Assembly (NCBI RefSeq): GCF_001194135.2
Contig: NC_068981.1
Coordinates: 110,899,640 to 110,936,650, forward strand
Direction: 5' to 3'
DNA length: 37,011 nucleotides
From: Octopus bimaculoides
Lineage: Eukaryota
Made by a program: the position numbers and the translations under genes. This document shows, one piece after another, positions 35,727 through 37,011 of the stretch. Numbering within the stretch: position 1 is the first letter of the stretch; the number at the start of each line of letters is the position of its first letter. The notes under the pieces are model-generated. The model was not told the DNA's origin, did no database searches, and was given only the letters and a program-made list of their open reading frames with translations.

Positions 35727-36325
35727 CTTCCAAGCAAACCACAAGTACCACAGAATTTTTAACAGGAGAATGCTGAAGGTTAGCTGTTGTTGTTGTAAGA
35801 ACTCTGCCTCTTTTATAAACCAGCACAACGCAAAAACATTCAGGAATGGCAACAGTGCCAGAAGAACTAATGATGAAAAGAAATGTAACTGGAAAGAGCA
35901 AAGTTGCTGACCATTGAAAAGAAATTGTTTGGAGAAAAGAATTATATATAGAGCCACGGTCCAAATAGATGGCTTACAAATATATAAAACATCAGAGGGG
36001 TTACGGAAAATTCCTTCAAAACCAGGCTATATTCCCATAGAAATTCCTTTTGATATCCAGAAAATAGAACAGCAACTAGTTTTGCTAAACATGTTTGGCA
36101 GTTAAAGGAAAAAGAAATCTCACCTTCCAAAATCTACTGGACAATCTTAGAGAGAGCAGCACCAAATAAACATGGAGTGCATAGAGACCTAATGAGGTGC
36201 AATTTGTGCCTAACTGAGAAATTTTTAATCCTTTTCCAAGACAAATATGCTTTGAACCAATGGTTAGAACTTTTGAATTCTTGCTGGCATGCTTCAAAGT
36301 ATAGAATGTCTAACAAGAAAATACC
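35722..36325 (+). mobile_element. Penelope-like element, linker plus GIY-YIG endonuclease
   Basis: NHKYHRIFNRRMLKVS; PLKRNCLEKRIIYRATV; GVTENSFKTRLYSHRNSF; ATSFAKHVWQLKEK; RCNLCLTEKFLI. Confidence 0.85.
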
Positions 36326-36513
36326 ATATGGATAACAATGAATTCACATTTGAATTTGATAATTTCACTTTAATTGACATCACCTTGTATAGCATTCATT
36401 TCAGCTCTTCGCATTTCATACAAACTATATATATAAAGAGAGAAAAAAATCAAAAACTCTGTACCCCTTAAATGTACCCCTTCAAAAACTACGCAGAAAT
36501 CTTTTTATATATT

Positions 36514-36645
36514 GCATTTTACCTACAGAACTTTTCAACAATGACAATTTTAAATGCACATCCAAAAATATCTATCATTGTCCATATAAGTTTAAAGATA
36601 TCGAAAGTCCTCATGGATTTTTGTAGTTATTTTATTATTATTATT
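36514..36645 (-). repeat. right copy of ~130 bp inverted repeat X
   Basis: Core tcattgtccatataagtttaaagatatcgaaagtcc at 36575-36610. Confidence 0.88.
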
Positions 36646-37011
36646 TTATGTTTGACTTTTGTTTTGCAATTGTACAAGTTGGATCCAAGTCTCACCCAGA
36701 GACCTCAAGAGACAACAAGTTAGAAGTTCATGTAGGTGTTATGCTTAGGGTACCATATATTTGGATTTGTACATAGTGTTGTTCTAGAGAATGTTTAAGA
36801 AACCATAAGAAAATTATGTGTTTGTTTTAAAATTTGAGATCACATAGACAGTATTTTACGTAGGATATGGGCAGTTCCCATGAGCACTATCTTTTGAACT
36901 TCAGCCATTTTGGGGTTTCCTGGTATCTGAACTAGGTAGTAATTAGCCCATTTCGCTGTCATTCCCAGGGCACCTATGACAATAGGTATTGTTTTAGTCT
37001 TCAGGTTCCAC
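36630..37011 (-). mobile_element. second R4/Dong-like LINE, 3' end with (AAT)n tail
   Basis: NLKTKTIPIVIGALGMTAKWANYYLVQIPGNPKMAEVQKIVLMGTAHILRKILSM*, 3' UTR, tail on minus strand; runs off the window. Confidence 0.8.

Overview
AT-rich eukaryotic genomic DNA from a gapped draft assembly. The repeat families (tRNA-derived SINEs with internal CA/TG tracts, RTE LINEs with (ATG)n tails, abundant (AAT)n and (CA)n) suggest an octopus/coleoid cephalopod; this is inference from recalled families, not a database hit. Most of the window is decayed, nested transposons: mariner (3), pogo, hAT, Helitron helicase, MITEs/foldbacks, a Gypsy LTR element, RTE, RTE-BovB-like, CR1-group, R4/Dong-like, Tx1/L1-like and Penelope-like retroelements, and SINEs. 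The only convincing host coding sequence is one + strand exon (12024-12208) with a CUB-like end followed by EGF repeats (attractin/MEGF8-like layout), so the window is probably largely intronic. No intact novel enzymatic system was found. Best leads: (1) a decayed, phase-compatible duplicate of that exon ~850 bp upstream; (2) a mirror structure at 34640-37011 where two different RLE-type LINEs end at the same position of an inverted ~130 bp repeat flanking a Penelope GIY-YIG fragment; (3) a foldback MITE with a 4-bp TSD inserted in a pogo transposase end; (4) a SINE and CR1-group LINE sharing a 3' tail; (5) a PHD-type finger embedded in the RT of the RTE family. All translations and alignments were done by eye; boundaries are approximate unless stated.
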